Shown piece after piece: positions 20,793-31,859 of a stretch of DNA of 64,000 nucleotides. The stretch is taken from positions 1,116 to 65,115 of the forward strand of contig CAURUA010000002.1 in assembly GCA_963528045.1 (NCBI GenBank). The letters run 5' to 3'. The stretch comes from an uncultured Campylobacter sp. Its GTDB lineage: Bacteria; Campylobacterota; Campylobacteria; Campylobacterales; Campylobacteraceae. Numbering within the stretch: the stretch's first letter is position 1; each line of letters opens with the position of its first letter. A model generated the notes under the pieces. That model saw only the letters and a list, made by a program, of their open reading frames with translations. It was not told where the DNA came from and searched no databases. A program made the position numbers and the translations under genes.

Positions 20793-22265
20793 TTACGAGT
20801 AAAAAATATACGCGTAGCCCGAGACCAAAATTGCAGAAACCACGGCCAAAATTCCACCGCTTCGCACCATCTCTATCTGACGGATACGTCCCGTGCCGAA
20901 AACCAAAGCATTCGGCGGCGTCGCTACTGGCATTACGAAAGCGCAGCTCGCGCCTACGCCGATGATAATCGTAAGAGTTTCTTTCGGTAGCCCCATCTGA
21001 GCCGCTACTCCCGCAAATACGGGCACTAAAAGCGCAGCAGAGGCGGTATTGCTGGTAAATTCCGTTAAGCAGATAATAAAGATCGCCGTTACAAGCAGTA
21101 TGACGTAAGTAGGCGCTCTGCCGAAAGTGTGCGCGACTAGATCACCAAGCACCTTAGAAGCTCCGGAATCGCCTAAAACCGCACTTAGCGTAAGTCCGCC
21201 GCCAAAAAGCAGCAGCACGCCCCACTCGGTGTTTTCGGCGATGTCATGCCATTTAGCAAGCCCTAGTATGACGATTACGACTGCCGAGCAGATGGCGACG
21301 TAAGCATCATCCACTTTAAAGCCCACAAGGGCTGAAATTTGCTTTGAAAATATCCAGCCAAGCGCTGTTAGAGCAAATACGACGATCGTAATAATGCGCT
21401 CGCGCGTCCAAGGGATATGCTCCAGATTCATCTCTATTTTATGACTTAAATTCGGCTTGAAAATTATATAAAGCACCATAAGCATTATCGGCAGCATCAC
21501 GCACATTAGCGGCAAACCTACCTTCATCCAGTCCGCGAAGCTGTAGTGCAAGGCTTGAGCCACGATTAAATTTGGCGGAGATCCCACGAGCGTGCCCAGA
21601 CCTCCGATGCTTGCAGAATACGCGATGCCTAAAAGCAAAAACACGAGCGTGCCGCGATCTTTGCTCTCGTCCATATTAGCACAAATTCCAAGCGCGATCG
21701 GAAGCATCATCGCAGCAGTTGCGGTGTTTGAAACCCACATCGAAAGGATCGCCGTAGCAAGGCAGATCAAAATCGCAGCTACACCCAAGCGACCGCCTGC
21801 GCGGGTGATTAGCCACATCGCGATCTTTTTGTCTAGCTTTTGCATATGCAGAGCCGTTGCCAGAGCAAAACCGCCGAAAAAGGTAAAGATCGTAGGGTTT
21901 GCAAAATTTGCAAGCGTGCTTTTGATGGTGGCAGCCGTGAAAGTGCCGTCCTTAGCGAATTTACCAAGCCCTATAGCTACCGCAAGCACCGGCACCATAA
22001 GCGCGGTTACCGTGATATGCACGGCCTCTGTAAGCCACATAATCGCGATAAAAGCAAGTAGTGCAAGGCCTTTTTTGACATTGGGCTCAAATGGTAACGC
22101 GGCATATAGAGCAAAGCCCACTGCAGCGGCAATCGCCATAATAATTACTCCGCGCTTAGGAAATGGCACGGTGTCGGTGAGCCTGTCTAAACCCAGCTCG
22201 TCTACGTCTGAGTCCAGTGGTCCTTGCAAGCGGGAGTTACGTAACTCCACTTTGTGTTCTTCCAT
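20793..22265 (-). CDS. DASS/SLC13 di-/tricarboxylate:sodium symporter
   Basis: Two SNT motifs (MWVSNTATAAMMLP, EFTSNTASAALLVP), GSPPN, VATPPNA. Confidence 0.92.
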   Translation of the reverse strand: MEEHKVELRNSRLQGPLDSDVDELGLDRLTDTVPFPKRGVIIMAIAAAVGFALYAALPFEPNVKKGLALLAFIAIMWLTEAVHITVTALMVPVLAVAIGLGKFAKDGTFTAATIKSTLANFANPTIFTFFGGFALATALHMQKLDKKIAMWLITRAGGRLGVAAILICLATAILSMWVSNTATAAMMLPIALGICANMDESKDRGTLVFLLLGIAYSASIGGLGTLVGSPPNLIVAQALHYSFADWMKVGLPLMCVMLPIMLMVLYIIFKPNLSHKIEMNLEHIPWTRERIITIVVFALTALGWIFSKQISALVGFKVDDAYVAICSAVVIVILGLAKWHDIAENTEWGVLLLFGGGLTLSAVLGDSGASKVLGDLVAHTFGRAPTYVILLVTAIFIICLTEFTSNTASAALLVPVFAGVAAQMGLPKETLTIIIGVGASCAFVMPVATPPNALVFGTGRIRQIEMVRSGGILAVVSAILVSGYAYIFYS

Positions 22266-22633
22266 AGATACTCCTTTTTTGGATTTGGCTTATGATACAA
22301 AAATGAGACGGGAATTTTATAAATTCCAAATCAAATCGTCTTAAATTTTTAAAAGTGCAGTTACTATCGGTAACACGGCACTTATCTCGTGTGTAAATTT
22401 TAAATTATACATAAAAACGAACAACTAAATAGGCGATTTAAATTTCATCACAGATTATTTTTTAATGGTGTCCGGTGTTTAAATTTGCTAGCTGTTCACG
22501 GGGCGGCGACGTAGAATTTCGTCGAATTCCGTGCTGGCAATCGAGATAGAATTCTGTCCTTAGCAAGCGAGATAAAATTTTATCCAAGGCGAGTGAGATA
22601 AAATTCTGCGTTTTACCTTAAAAATTTATCGAA

Positions 22634-22661
22634 ATTTAAGTGGGGGGGGGGCTATTATAAT
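22634..22661 (+). promoter_or_regulatory. Sigma70 promoter with G10 tract in the spacer
   Basis: TTTAAGT-G10(22642-22651)-CTAT-TATAAT(22656-22661) upstream of the OMP gene. Confidence 0.7.
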
Positions 22662-22783
22662 CAACAAATTTTAAACGGATTTGTAAGCGAATCCGGTGGA
22701 GGAGGCTCAAAGATCGTAAGTTATAAAACGGTAAGAGCGGCTGTGGCGAGAAGCCTTGAAATCGTAAATTGTAAGGAGAAAAT

Positions 22784-23413
22784 ATGAAAAACAAAATTTT
22801 AATCGCGGCATTTGCCGCTGCGGCTTGCGTTAGCGTAGGCTCTAGCGAGGGTTTACTTTTAGGCATCGAGGGGGATTATTCATTTAAATCTAGCATTACT
22901 TCTAAGTGGACGGACGAGGATTATTCGGATACAAATAAAGACAGTAAAGGGCAAGCTGCGATAGGTTTTAAAGGCGGCTATGATTTTGACATAGCTAGGG
23001 TATACGGTGAGTATATGTATGACTTCAAGACTTCAAAAAGCGGTAGTGATGAATATGGAAATTTCAAGCACGAGTGGAGCAAACATAGCCTGTTAGTAGG
23101 TGGGGATTTTACGCCCGAGATTACAAATGGCTTTAAACTTGTAGCGGGCGCATATACGGGAGTTTCATTTTTGAAATACAAAGATTCTTATAACGACTTT
23201 GACGGCACTAGCGGCTCCGTATCTAAGACCGCACCGGGTTGGGTCATTGGCGCAAGACTGGGCGGTTTATATAGCTTTGATGAGCATAACGAGATCGAGT
23301 TTGGCTACAAGGCGGACTATACGAGATACAAGGCTAGCAAACTAGATGAAGACTTAGATAAAGTATATGAAACCAACCACGGGCTATATCTAGGATATAA
23401 CTTTAAATTCTAA
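22784..23413 (+). CDS. Small outer-membrane beta-barrel protein
   Basis: Signal peptide, alternating amphipathic strands, C-terminal GLYLGYNFKF ending in Phe. Confidence 0.85.
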   Translation: MKNKILIAAFAAAACVSVGSSEGLLLGIEGDYSFKSSITSKWTDEDYSDTNKDSKGQAAIGFKGGYDFDIARVYGEYMYDFKTSKSGSDEYGNFKHEWSKHSLLVGGDFTPEITNGFKLVAGAYTGVSFLKYKDSYNDFDGTSGSVSKTAPGWVIGARLGGLYSFDEHNEIEFGYKADYTRYKASKLDEDLDKVYETNHGLYLGYNFKF

Positions 23414-23434
23414 AAATTCTAACGTGCTAGCGCA

Positions 23435-23470
23435 GGATGGAGCGAACGAACTCCCGCCCCATCCGTTTTA
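23435..23470 (+). terminator. Probable terminator after the OMP gene
   Basis: GGATGGAGCG...CGCCCCATCC followed by GTTTT. Confidence 0.5.
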
Positions 23471-24219
23471 AATTCCAAATAATTATTAGACGTCAAATCG
23501 CAGGATTGTTTAATCCGAAATTTGCTAGCAATTCAGACATAATTATATGATAATCAAGGATGCTGCCGATATTAGACGTCAAATTTTACCCGCTTACGCG
23601 TATAAAATTTTAAAATTTTTAAAAATATCATTACCCAAGCTTAATTTCCTATTTTTAGTGCTATCTGCTAAGCGCTTAAATTGATGGAATTTATGAAATT
23701 TTACTCAATCTGCTTTTTTCTAAGAATCGTTAAAATCTCAAGTTGAAAAAGCGGAATTTTATTAATGTCTCCATTTGCCACTTTAAATTTGTTTCATAAT
23801 TGCTTCGGATATCTCACGACCCTTAGCTTGAGCCAACGCAGAAGTGCCATTTTGCTTTATGGAAATCTCGCATTTACATCTTCGGGATTAGCACTTAAAT
23901 TTTGCGGTAAAATTCTAAAACTACTGCGTCTAAGAATTTTAACGTTTTAAAGCATTAAATTTTTATGATTTTAATGTTAGTCGAAAGCGTAGAATTTTAC
24001 CTTTATAAATTCGCGGTAAAAGCAGTGACGCCTGTCGTGCGGATTTAGATGCCAGATTTATCCACAAGCGCTACGCTTTTACTAAAATTTTATCTTTATC
24101 AAAATTTTAAAATTTCAATCGCTGTTTTTAAAGTGCTTCGGCGCAAACATAAATTTCTAGCCGCTTCGCTACATTTTGTAGGCTGGCTTGGAGCTTTAAA
24201 ATAGCAAGCCACGTTTCTG

Positions 24220-25551
24220 CTATTTGCCAAAAACCCTAGCGAAAATCGCGTCTACATTTTTGGTGTAATATCCGTAGTCAAAGCACTCTTTAATCTCGCT
24301 TTCGCTTAGCTTTTCTCGTAGCTTTGTATCTGCGAGCAGATTTTGCAAAAACAGGCTATGCCCTTGCTCATCTATAGCTTTTTTGCCCTCTTGCAGATCC
24401 GCCCAGACCTTCATTGCATTACGCTGTACAATCTTATAGGCATCCTCTCTGCTAACTCCTCGTTTAGGCAGCTCTAGTAGCACGCGCTGCGAAAACACGA
24501 GCCCGCCGGTTAAATTTAGATTTCTCATCATATTTTCGGGATATACGAGCAGTTTTTCGATCAAGCTCGTCAAGCGATTTAGCATAAAATCGGCGGTTAT
24601 AAAGCCATCAGGGAGGATAAATCGCTCGACCGAGCTATGGCTGATGTCGCGTTCGTGCCATAGCGCTACATCCTCCATCGCGGGTATTGCGAAGCTGCGG
24701 ATCATACGGCATAGTCCCGTTACGTTTTCGCTAAGCACAGGATTTCGTTTGTGCGGCATCGCGCTAGAGCCCTTTTGACCTGGGCTAAAAAATTCCTCTG
24801 CCTCATAAACCTCGGTGCGTTGATAGTGGCGGATTGCGATAGCGATCTTTTCGCAGCTGGAAGCCAGGATCGCAAGTGCGCTCATTACCTGCGCGTAGCG
24901 ATCGCGCTGGATGACTTGATTGGACGCGGGGGCGGGCTTTAGCCCCAGATATTCGCACACCAGCTCTTCCAGCTCTAGTGGAGCGTGGGCGAAATTCCCC
25001 ATCGCACCGCTTATTTTGCCGTAGCTGATGACGCTTTTTGCATGTTGCAAAAGCTCTAGCGCGCGATTTATCTCATCATACCAGACTGCAAGCACGAGCC
25101 CGAAGGTGATCGGCTCGCCGTGGATACCGTGGCTGCGTCCGACCATCAGCGTCATTTTATGCTTCATGGCTTGAGATTTTATCGCGGCTTTTAAATTTTG
25201 CACATCCTCAATGATGAGCTCCATGCTTTCTTTGATTTGTAGAGCGACGGCGGTATCGATGCAGTCACTGCTAGTCATTCCGTAATGCACGAAGCGGCTC
25301 TCCTGCCCAAGGCTCTCACTCACGCTCGTTAGAAACGCAATGACGTCGTGCTTGGTGGTCTTTTCGATCTCATCTATCCGCTCGATCCTAAAGCTTGCGT
25401 TTTGTAGAATTTTATCTTTATCGCAGTCACTTATTAGACCTAGCTTATTCCACGCCTTAACTGCTGCGAGCTCGACTTTTAGCCACGCGTCGTATTTGGC
25501 TTGCAAGCTCCATTTTTCAGACATCTCTTTTCTTGCGTATCTTTCGACCAT
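24220..25551 (-). CDS. purB: Adenylosuccinate lyase
   Basis: MVERY start, TKHDVIAF, HYGMTSSD, GRSHGIHGEP, signature GSSAMPHKRNP. Confidence 0.97.
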   Translation of the reverse strand: MVERYARKEMSEKWSLQAKYDAWLKVELAAVKAWNKLGLISDCDKDKILQNASFRIERIDEIEKTTKHDVIAFLTSVSESLGQESRFVHYGMTSSDCIDTAVALQIKESMELIIEDVQNLKAAIKSQAMKHKMTLMVGRSHGIHGEPITFGLVLAVWYDEINRALELLQHAKSVISYGKISGAMGNFAHAPLELEELVCEYLGLKPAPASNQVIQRDRYAQVMSALAILASSCEKIAIAIRHYQRTEVYEAEEFFSPGQKGSSAMPHKRNPVLSENVTGLCRMIRSFAIPAMEDVALWHERDISHSSVERFILPDGFITADFMLNRLTSLIEKLLVYPENMMRNLNLTGGLVFSQRVLLELPKRGVSREDAYKIVQRNAMKVWADLQEGKKAIDEQGHSLFLQNLLADTKLREKLSESEIKECFDYGYYTKNVDAIFARVFGK

Positions 25552-25626
25552 TTTAGTAGCCTTTCGGTTAGAATTTCTTGTATAATGATGGCAAAAATTA
25601 TATAAAAATGGGGCTGAAAGTTTAAT

Positions 25627-27024
25627 ATGGGTTATGAGAAAAGAAGCTTGGGAAGCTTTGAGGGGCGCAAAATTTACGAAATTCTGCTTAGCCTCGGGTA
25701 CGATATGAAATCCGCGCAGCGCATCTGTGACAAGCATCGCGTAACCGATGCAGAGGATCAGAATTTGCATAAAAATTCCGTCGCGCACGGAGAAATTTTT
25801 TTGATCGATTACAAATGCAAGCCGCGCGGACTGAAGCCGATCTTTGAGTGCGATGCGTTTGCGGCATTTGACAAACCGAGTGGAATTTTAAGCCATCCGA
25901 GCGGGCGCAACTCGCCTTATAATATGTATGACGAGATCTGGTCGCTATACGGACAGGACGCGTGCGTGGCGCACAGGCTCGATCTTGAAACCAGCGGAAT
26001 TCTTATCGTCGCCAAGGATAAAGACGCGGCGCGCGAGCTTAAAGAGTGCTTCGAACAGCGTAGGGTGATGAAAAGCTATCTAGCGCTCGTGCAAGGGGAT
26101 TTGCAAAGTGCTGCTTGCAATGGCGAGATAGAGAACTGCTATGTGCTAGGTTCGTATGAAATTTGCGGATCAAAATTTGCGGACGATGCTGTGAGTTTAC
26201 CAGATAACGTGTCGGATCTGCGCGATACACTAGCTCTAAAAGGAGTAGGCAATAAATTTGGATTTAATATCTTGTCTAATAGTGCGAGTAGGGGATTATG
26301 GCGCAGCGCTCTATCTGACGACGCGCAGGCTAAATTTAAATCTGGCGCTCCTACTGGCGATGTTGGCAGCGGATCTGAATTTGATGACTTATCCTGCGGC
26401 GTGAGCGATAAGCTTAAACCCGCTATCGCGATGAGTAGCGCGGATAACGGACATAAACCTTGCGCCTTATCTGTGGCTAAATCTATGCCGGCTACTTCTA
26501 TGGGCTACGTAAATTTAAAAAAATTTGAGCCTGCAAAATACGCAAAATTTAGTGAGAAACTGAAATTTTTAAAGGATTTTGAGGGGTTTGTGATTGATGC
26601 TTTGATCGCCCCTAGCGACGAGTTTGCCGATCTTAAAATTCGTATGAAAATATCGCGCGACGGAAAAGAGGCGATCACGCTGATACGCCCGCTGCGATAT
26701 TTCTCGGACATGGACGCTAGCCTGATTGAGTGCTATCCGCTGACGGGTAGGCAGCATCAGATCAGGCTGCATCTATTCGTCGCGGGCGCACCGATACTGG
26801 GAGAGCCGCTGTATGGGCTTTCGCGAGAGCAAGCGGAGCGGATATTGGATAAAAAAATGGATGAAACGGAGCGGATCAGAACGACGGGAGCGCCGAGATT
26901 GTTGCTGCACGCGAATGCAATTTGCTTCGAACTAGGCGGCGAACGATACGAGATAAAAAGCAAATTCGACGCCGCGAGAGAGTTTTATAATTTCGCGAAA
27001 ATCGGTAAAATTTGGGTAACTTAA
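25627..27024 (+). CDS. RluA-family pseudouridine synthase with long internal insertion
   Basis: DKPSGILSHP, catalytic HRLDLETSG, TGRQHQIRLH, LLLHA; about 150-aa low-complexity insert. Confidence 0.88.
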   Translation: MGYEKRSLGSFEGRKIYEILLSLGYDMKSAQRICDKHRVTDAEDQNLHKNSVAHGEIFLIDYKCKPRGLKPIFECDAFAAFDKPSGILSHPSGRNSPYNMYDEIWSLYGQDACVAHRLDLETSGILIVAKDKDAARELKECFEQRRVMKSYLALVQGDLQSAACNGEIENCYVLGSYEICGSKFADDAVSLPDNVSDLRDTLALKGVGNKFGFNILSNSASRGLWRSALSDDAQAKFKSGAPTGDVGSGSEFDDLSCGVSDKLKPAIAMSSADNGHKPCALSVAKSMPATSMGYVNLKKFEPAKYAKFSEKLKFLKDFEGFVIDALIAPSDEFADLKIRMKISRDGKEAITLIRPLRYFSDMDASLIECYPLTGRQHQIRLHLFVAGAPILGEPLYGLSREQAERILDKKMDETERIRTTGAPRLLLHANAICFELGGERYEIKSKFDAAREFYNFAKIGKIWVT

Positions 27025-27139
27025 TAAAATTTTGAAGCGGCGATGATTATTTTTATGACGAGGATTTTGCTTTTGCTGGTTTTTATAAAATTTTGTACTT
27101 ACAACGGCATTAATTTATTAATTTCTCATCTATGGTTAT

Positions 27140-27502
27140 TTGAAAATTTTAAGACGATTTTATTTTACGATGGCTATATTGGGAAAAAGCGTTACAGCTA
27201 TAAAAGCACATAATTCAGCTTGGCTAGACGGTGGATTTCATATATTTATTTTCGGTAGCGAAAATTACGGTAAATTTGAGCTCAGAGCGCATAAATATTG
27301 GACGTTTCAAGATAAGTTGGGTGGCAGTATAAAAGATTTTAAATCTGGTGTTGATTCTTTTAAAAAATACAATCAAGAATATAGAATATTTAAAAAAGAA
27401 TTTGACGAATACGTTAATTTCCTATTTAAGCAAAAGGGTGGGGCGGGAAGCTCTGTTAATTTAGAAAGCTCGGCATTAATAGTAAGCATGGGGAGCAGGT
27501 AG
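27140..27502 (+). CDS. AT-rich hypothetical ORF, possibly a gene fragment
   Basis: 120-codon ORF in an AT-rich patch; no clear RBS or motif. Confidence 0.3.
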   Translation: MKILRRFYFTMAILGKSVTAIKAHNSAWLDGGFHIFIFGSENYGKFELRAHKYWTFQDKLGGSIKDFKSGVDSFKKYNQEYRIFKKEFDEYVNFLFKQKGGAGSSVNLESSALIVSMGSR

Positions 27503-27995
27503 TTGCTTCTTTTGGAGAATATTGCAAGAGGGTGCTTCATCTGGAGAATAGTAAAAAACAAGAGCGTACAATAGAGATAACACCACCAAGCAGAGGTATG
27601 GGCTTTGGGCTATAATTATTCTTTAGTATCTATAGTATAAAAACTTGAAAGACAGAGGGAGAGGTAAGAACTGTGGATTGTTTTAGTTATTTGTTTTGGT
27701 TCGGTATGTAATATAGAAGTTGAATGGCGACATATATATTGTAAGCGCGAAACTTTATAAACAGCAAAGAGAATGCTATATTCCTCGTTGTATCGATAAA
27801 ATTCTATATCTATTTATTTGTGCAATCATAATTATAGATTAGTATGAAATTCGATCGATAAAATTTGCGTGAGATTGAGCTATGACATCTAATTTTTATT
27901 ATTTCGGCTTCTTGCGTTTACATACGGTAAAAGCGATAAAAAAATACGTAAAATTTAGCCTAAAAAGTAACTATAAAAAATTTGGTTTATTTGAT

Positions 27996-28893
27996 TTAAG
28001 TGGTTAGAAGCGCTACTTCCACTTCGCCGATATTTATGGCCTTGCCTTTGCGCGTCATCACGCCTAGGCCATGCTCCATGTTCCACGAGCAGCTAAACTC
28101 AAAGCCGATTTTCGCGCCGTCTAGGATATAGATATTTTGCAGTTCCAATAGTTCGCTAAGCTCCTGCGGCGTGCAGATGTCGGGCATGAAATCGCTTTTC
28201 GTCTCGCTCGGATAGTCGTAGATCTCCTGCCATTTTGGGTAGTTTTTTAAAATTTCAGCTAAGATGCCCGTTAAAATTTCTTCCTGATTTTGCTTTAGAA
28301 ACTCTAGCGCGTTCAATTGCGCCTGGCTTGGCTCGTCCGTCTCTTCGCTGTCTTCATCTAAAAAGGTGCAGCGAAACTCGCCCTCTTGCTCTAAAGCTTT
28401 ACCGAAATACTCCAGTCGCAGCGGAAAGCTTAAGTCCTCGTATTCCTCATCTTCAAATTTAGGCAAAATTTTAGGCTCCGCAAGATGTGCATTAAAAAAC
28501 TCCGCGACCTTTGGACTGCGGGTGAAAAGATACTCCTCATCCGCTTCGTAGCTTTTGCGCAAAAACTCAAGCGCCTCTTGCTCTGCTCCGCACTCCAAGC
28601 GGCACTCGCCCTTGTAATAATCGCTCACGTAAGGCGGATTTTCCTTGCTCCTGGCGTGCTTATCCATCTCGCCTAGCCAGCGCAGCATATTTGGGGCGTC
28701 GCGCCCATTTGTACTCATTTACCATGCGCGCCGCGTAGAGGTATGAGTCGTAGACGCGGTATTTCTCATCGTCCGCCTCCGCCCATTTTGCCTCGATAAA
28801 GCGGATAATTTCCGCCTTTGTGATCTTGAATTTTTTAAGCAGCGATCTGTCTAAGAAGACGCCGATCTCATCCACTATTTTTTGCGCGCTCAT
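27996..28893 (-). pseudogene. Frameshifted hypothetical protein (helical N-terminus, acidic immunity-like C-terminal domain)
   Basis: ORFs 28660-28893 and 27996-28718 overlap and join near 28700 as ...VNEYKWAR/DAPNMLRWL.... C-terminus IGFEFSCSWNMEHGLGV. Confidence 0.65.
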
Positions 28894-28957
28894 TGCTACT
28901 CCGCTATAAATTTTTTGCCGATCTGCTTTGTGATCTGGAAATATTAGCCGATTTTTT

Positions 28958-30067
28958 CTATCTTTTTAAAATTTTATCCATATTGACGCCATTTTGATCT
29001 AAAATTTTATCTTGCTCGTTTCTTTGTTTGAGCTGTCCGCACGCCGCACTGATATCTAGCCCCTTGCTCTGGCGGATCGTGCAAGTAATACCGTGCGCAC
29101 AGAGATAGTCTTGGAATTTCACCATGTTTTCGGGGCTTGGCCTGCCAAAGCTCGAGCCTTCGTGCGGATTAAAATAGATCAGATTTACTTTTGCGCGGAT
29201 GCCGTGCAGAAGCTTCACTAGCGTTTTGGCATCGCTTGGGCGGTCGTTTACGCCATCGATCATTAGGTATTCAAACATCACGCGCTTTCGCAGATCGATT
29301 GGGAACTCGCGCACCGCTTGCATGATCGATGCGATATTGTAGGCGCGATTTATCGGCATTAGTTTTTCACGCAGTTCGTCATCCACTGCATGCAGCGAGA
29401 TTGCAAGCAGCACGCCAAGATCCATTTCGCCAAGCTTTTTTATCTGCGTAGAAAGTCCGCTAGTGCTTATCGTTTGGCGACGTGGCGCTATGGCGAGTCC
29501 GTCGTTTTCTTTTAAAATTTGCACGGCTTTGGCAACGTTGTCTAGGTTATTAAGCGGTTCGCCCATCCCCATATATACGACATTGACGCGGCGCTCGTAC
29601 GGGATCGCGTTCATTTTCTTGATGAGCCAAATTTGAGCCACGATTTCGCCTGGAGTTAAATTCCGTACGAAGCCACCTTTTGCTGTCAGGCAAAAGCTGC
29701 AGCCAATTTTGCAACCCACTTGCGAACTTACGCAGATTGAATAGCGCGCGTGTCTTATAATTTTTTCGTTTTCATCTCGCAGCTCATCCTTCATCGGTAG
29801 CAGAACGCTTTCGATCGTCTTGCCATCTTTGAGAGCGAAAAGGTATTTGATACTGCCATCGCTACTTGTTTCGGATCCGATGCATTTAAGCGGATCTAAA
29901 TAAAAATTTTGAGCTAAACTTTGACGGATCTCTTTTGGTAGATTTAGCATTTGTGCAAAGTCGTCCACGTTCTTTTTGTAAATCCATTCGTAAATTTGCT
30001 TGGCTCTAAATTTTGGTTCGACGAAATTTTCAAGCTCTTTCATTGTAAAATCAAAGATATTTTTCAA
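28958..30067 (-). CDS. rlmN: Dual-specificity RNA methyltransferase RlmN
   Basis: Radical SAM motif [24 protein letters not shown]. Confidence 0.97.
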   Translation of the reverse strand: MKNIFDFTMKELENFVEPKFRAKQIYEWIYKKNVDDFAQMLNLPKEIRQSLAQNFYLDPLKCIGSETSSDGSIKYLFALKDGKTIESVLLPMKDELRDENEKIIRHARYSICVSSQVGCKIGCSFCLTAKGGFVRNLTPGEIVAQIWLIKKMNAIPYERRVNVVYMGMGEPLNNLDNVAKAVQILKENDGLAIAPRRQTISTSGLSTQIKKLGEMDLGVLLAISLHAVDDELREKLMPINRAYNIASIMQAVREFPIDLRKRVMFEYLMIDGVNDRPSDAKTLVKLLHGIRAKVNLIYFNPHEGSSFGRPSPENMVKFQDYLCAHGITCTIRQSKGLDISAACGQLKQRNEQDKILDQNGVNMDKILKR

Positions 30068-30609
30068 ATTAATGCCTTAGTTTTTAGATATTTAGTTAAA
30101 TTTTCTTTTGCAGCGGCGTGATTTTTTAAAAAATCTGCGTGAGCGTTTGAATCGCAGAAATTCGTCGCACAAAAAATTCCGTAAGCGGGAATTTCAAATT
30201 TTTGTGCTACTTTGAGAACCGCAAAAAATTCCATATTTTCTAAAAAATAACCTCGTTCAAAGAATTTTAGCGCGAATTTTTTATCGGTCGTGATAAAATT
30301 TGAGCTATTAGTTATTGTTTCATATGAAACATCGACAGAATTCCTAGCTATAATTTCATAGCTAATCGGGGAGTATGAAAGCTCATAAAGCGCCGATATC
30401 TCGCAGTTTGCAGCCGATCTGCTTTCATAAATTTTTAGAATTTTACCTTCTTTATATAGCCCTGCAGAACCCACGAAAATGATTTCACTCGGCAAGCTTT
30501 GTCTATTTTCGCATAAAAATTTAGTCAAATTTATACTCATATCCACTAGCCCTACGCCCATAGGCAGGGCAAAATCAAAAATTTCATTTCGTCCGGCAGA
30601 GATTATCAT
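30064..30609 (-). CDS. Nucleoside phosphorylase-like protein
   Basis: [23 protein letters not shown]; coupled to rlmN. Confidence 0.75.
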   Translation of the reverse strand: MIISAGRNEIFDFALPMGVGLVDMSINLTKFLCENRQSLPSEIIFVGSAGLYKEGKILKIYESRSAANCEISALYELSYSPISYEIIARNSVDVSYETITNSSNFITTDKKFALKFFERGYFLENMEFFAVLKVAQKFEIPAYGIFCATNFCDSNAHADFLKNHAAAKENLTKYLKTKALI

Positions 30610-30960
30610 TTATGGATCCACGCTTTCGTTATTTTTCACTAATCATAGCAAAATGACGATAAATTTAAAGCTAAATTTTGAAATTTTTTCGTCGTAAAGT
30701 ATCGGGTGAAATTAAAATCAATTTAAGCAAATATCTATGAGAGATGTACTCTTACCTTCCATAATGGAGTAGTACAGGTGGTGGGTAGAAGATGAAAAAA
30801 TATCATAAAAAAAGCTTATGATTTAGCTAAAACGAAGAAATTTTATCTAAGTAAAAATGATGCTTGCAAAAAAACTTGCAAGATGATGATGGGTTAAAAT
30901 AAAATTGTTTAGTTGCCTTGACAGCTAAACTTGAGTCACGTAGTATAAATCTGACTGAAT

Positions 30961-31770
30961 TTACAGTCTCACTTCGATGCCTTGCTCCTGCAGATATGCT
31001 TTTAGCGCCTTAATTTCGATTTCTCTGAAGTGAAAGATCGACGCTGCCAAGCATGCGTCCGCGCCTGATAAAAACGCGTCCTTAAAATGCTCCATTTTAC
31101 CCGCACCGCCGCTTGCGATCACAGGGATGTCAAGCGCGCTAAAAATCCGCATCAAATTTAGCTCAAAGCCGTTTTTAACGCCGTCGCAGTCCATCGACGT
31201 GAGTAAAATTTCGCCTGCACCGCGCTCCTGCGCCTCTTTTGCCCAAGCAAGCGCGTCCTTGCCGGTATCTAACCTGCCGCCGTTTATAAACACGCTATAG
31301 CTGCAAGGCTCGCTGTTTCCAGCTAAAATTTCATCCTGCGCGCCGCGCGAAATTTCACTCGAATTTCGTTTCGCATCGATCGCTATCACGACGCACTGCG
31401 AGCCGAATTTATTCGCCGCTTCGTCTATCAAATTTGGATTTTTTATCGCGGCCGAGTTGAGGCTAATCTTATCGCAACCGACGTTTAGCAAGCGCGAGAT
31501 ATCATCGATCGTGCGTATGCCGCCGCCCACGGTCAGCGGGATAAAAAGCTCGCGCGCGACACGTTCTACGACGTCCACGATCGTATCGCGCCCCAGATGC
31601 GACGCCGTGATGTCAAGGAAGCACAGTTCGTCCGCGCCCTCTTCATTGTAGCGTTTGGCTATCTCGACCGGATCGCCTGCATCGCGTAAATTTATGAAAT
31701 TTATCCCCTTTACGACGCGCCCTTCATTTACGTCAAGGCATGGGATGATGCGCTTTGCAAACTTATTCAC
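30961..31770 (-). CDS. hisF: Imidazole glycerol phosphate synthase cyclase subunit
   Basis: [39 protein letters not shown]. Confidence 0.97.
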   Translation of the reverse strand: MNKFAKRIIPCLDVNEGRVVKGINFINLRDAGDPVEIAKRYNEEGADELCFLDITASHLGRDTIVDVVERVARELFIPLTVGGGIRTIDDISRLLNVGCDKISLNSAAIKNPNLIDEAANKFGSQCVVIAIDAKRNSSEISRGAQDEILAGNSEPCSYSVFINGGRLDTGKDALAWAKEAQERGAGEILLTSMDCDGVKNGFELNLMRIFSALDIPVIASGGAGKMEHFKDAFLSGADACLAASIFHFREIEIKALKAYLQEQGIEVRL

Positions 31771-31859
31771 GGCGACCTTTCTGCGTTAAATTCCGTGATT
31801 TTAGCCAAATTTTACTTAACATAATGACTTTATAAGTAAAATTTGGCTAAACTCTCGCG

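Noticed and set aside
22670..22770. Possible tRNA upstream of the OMP gene
   Set aside because: No cloverleaf, T-loop consensus or CCA end.
23640..23950. Possible small gene between the OMP gene and purB
   Set aside because: Only short broken frames with no recognisable motif.
25552..25788. Long N-terminal extensions of purB (also moaC 11013-11123, Cas7 47520-47582, 53400-53492)
   Set aside because: Artefacts of longest-ORF calling; they overlap neighbouring genes or promoters, and conserved sequence starts at the downstream ATG.
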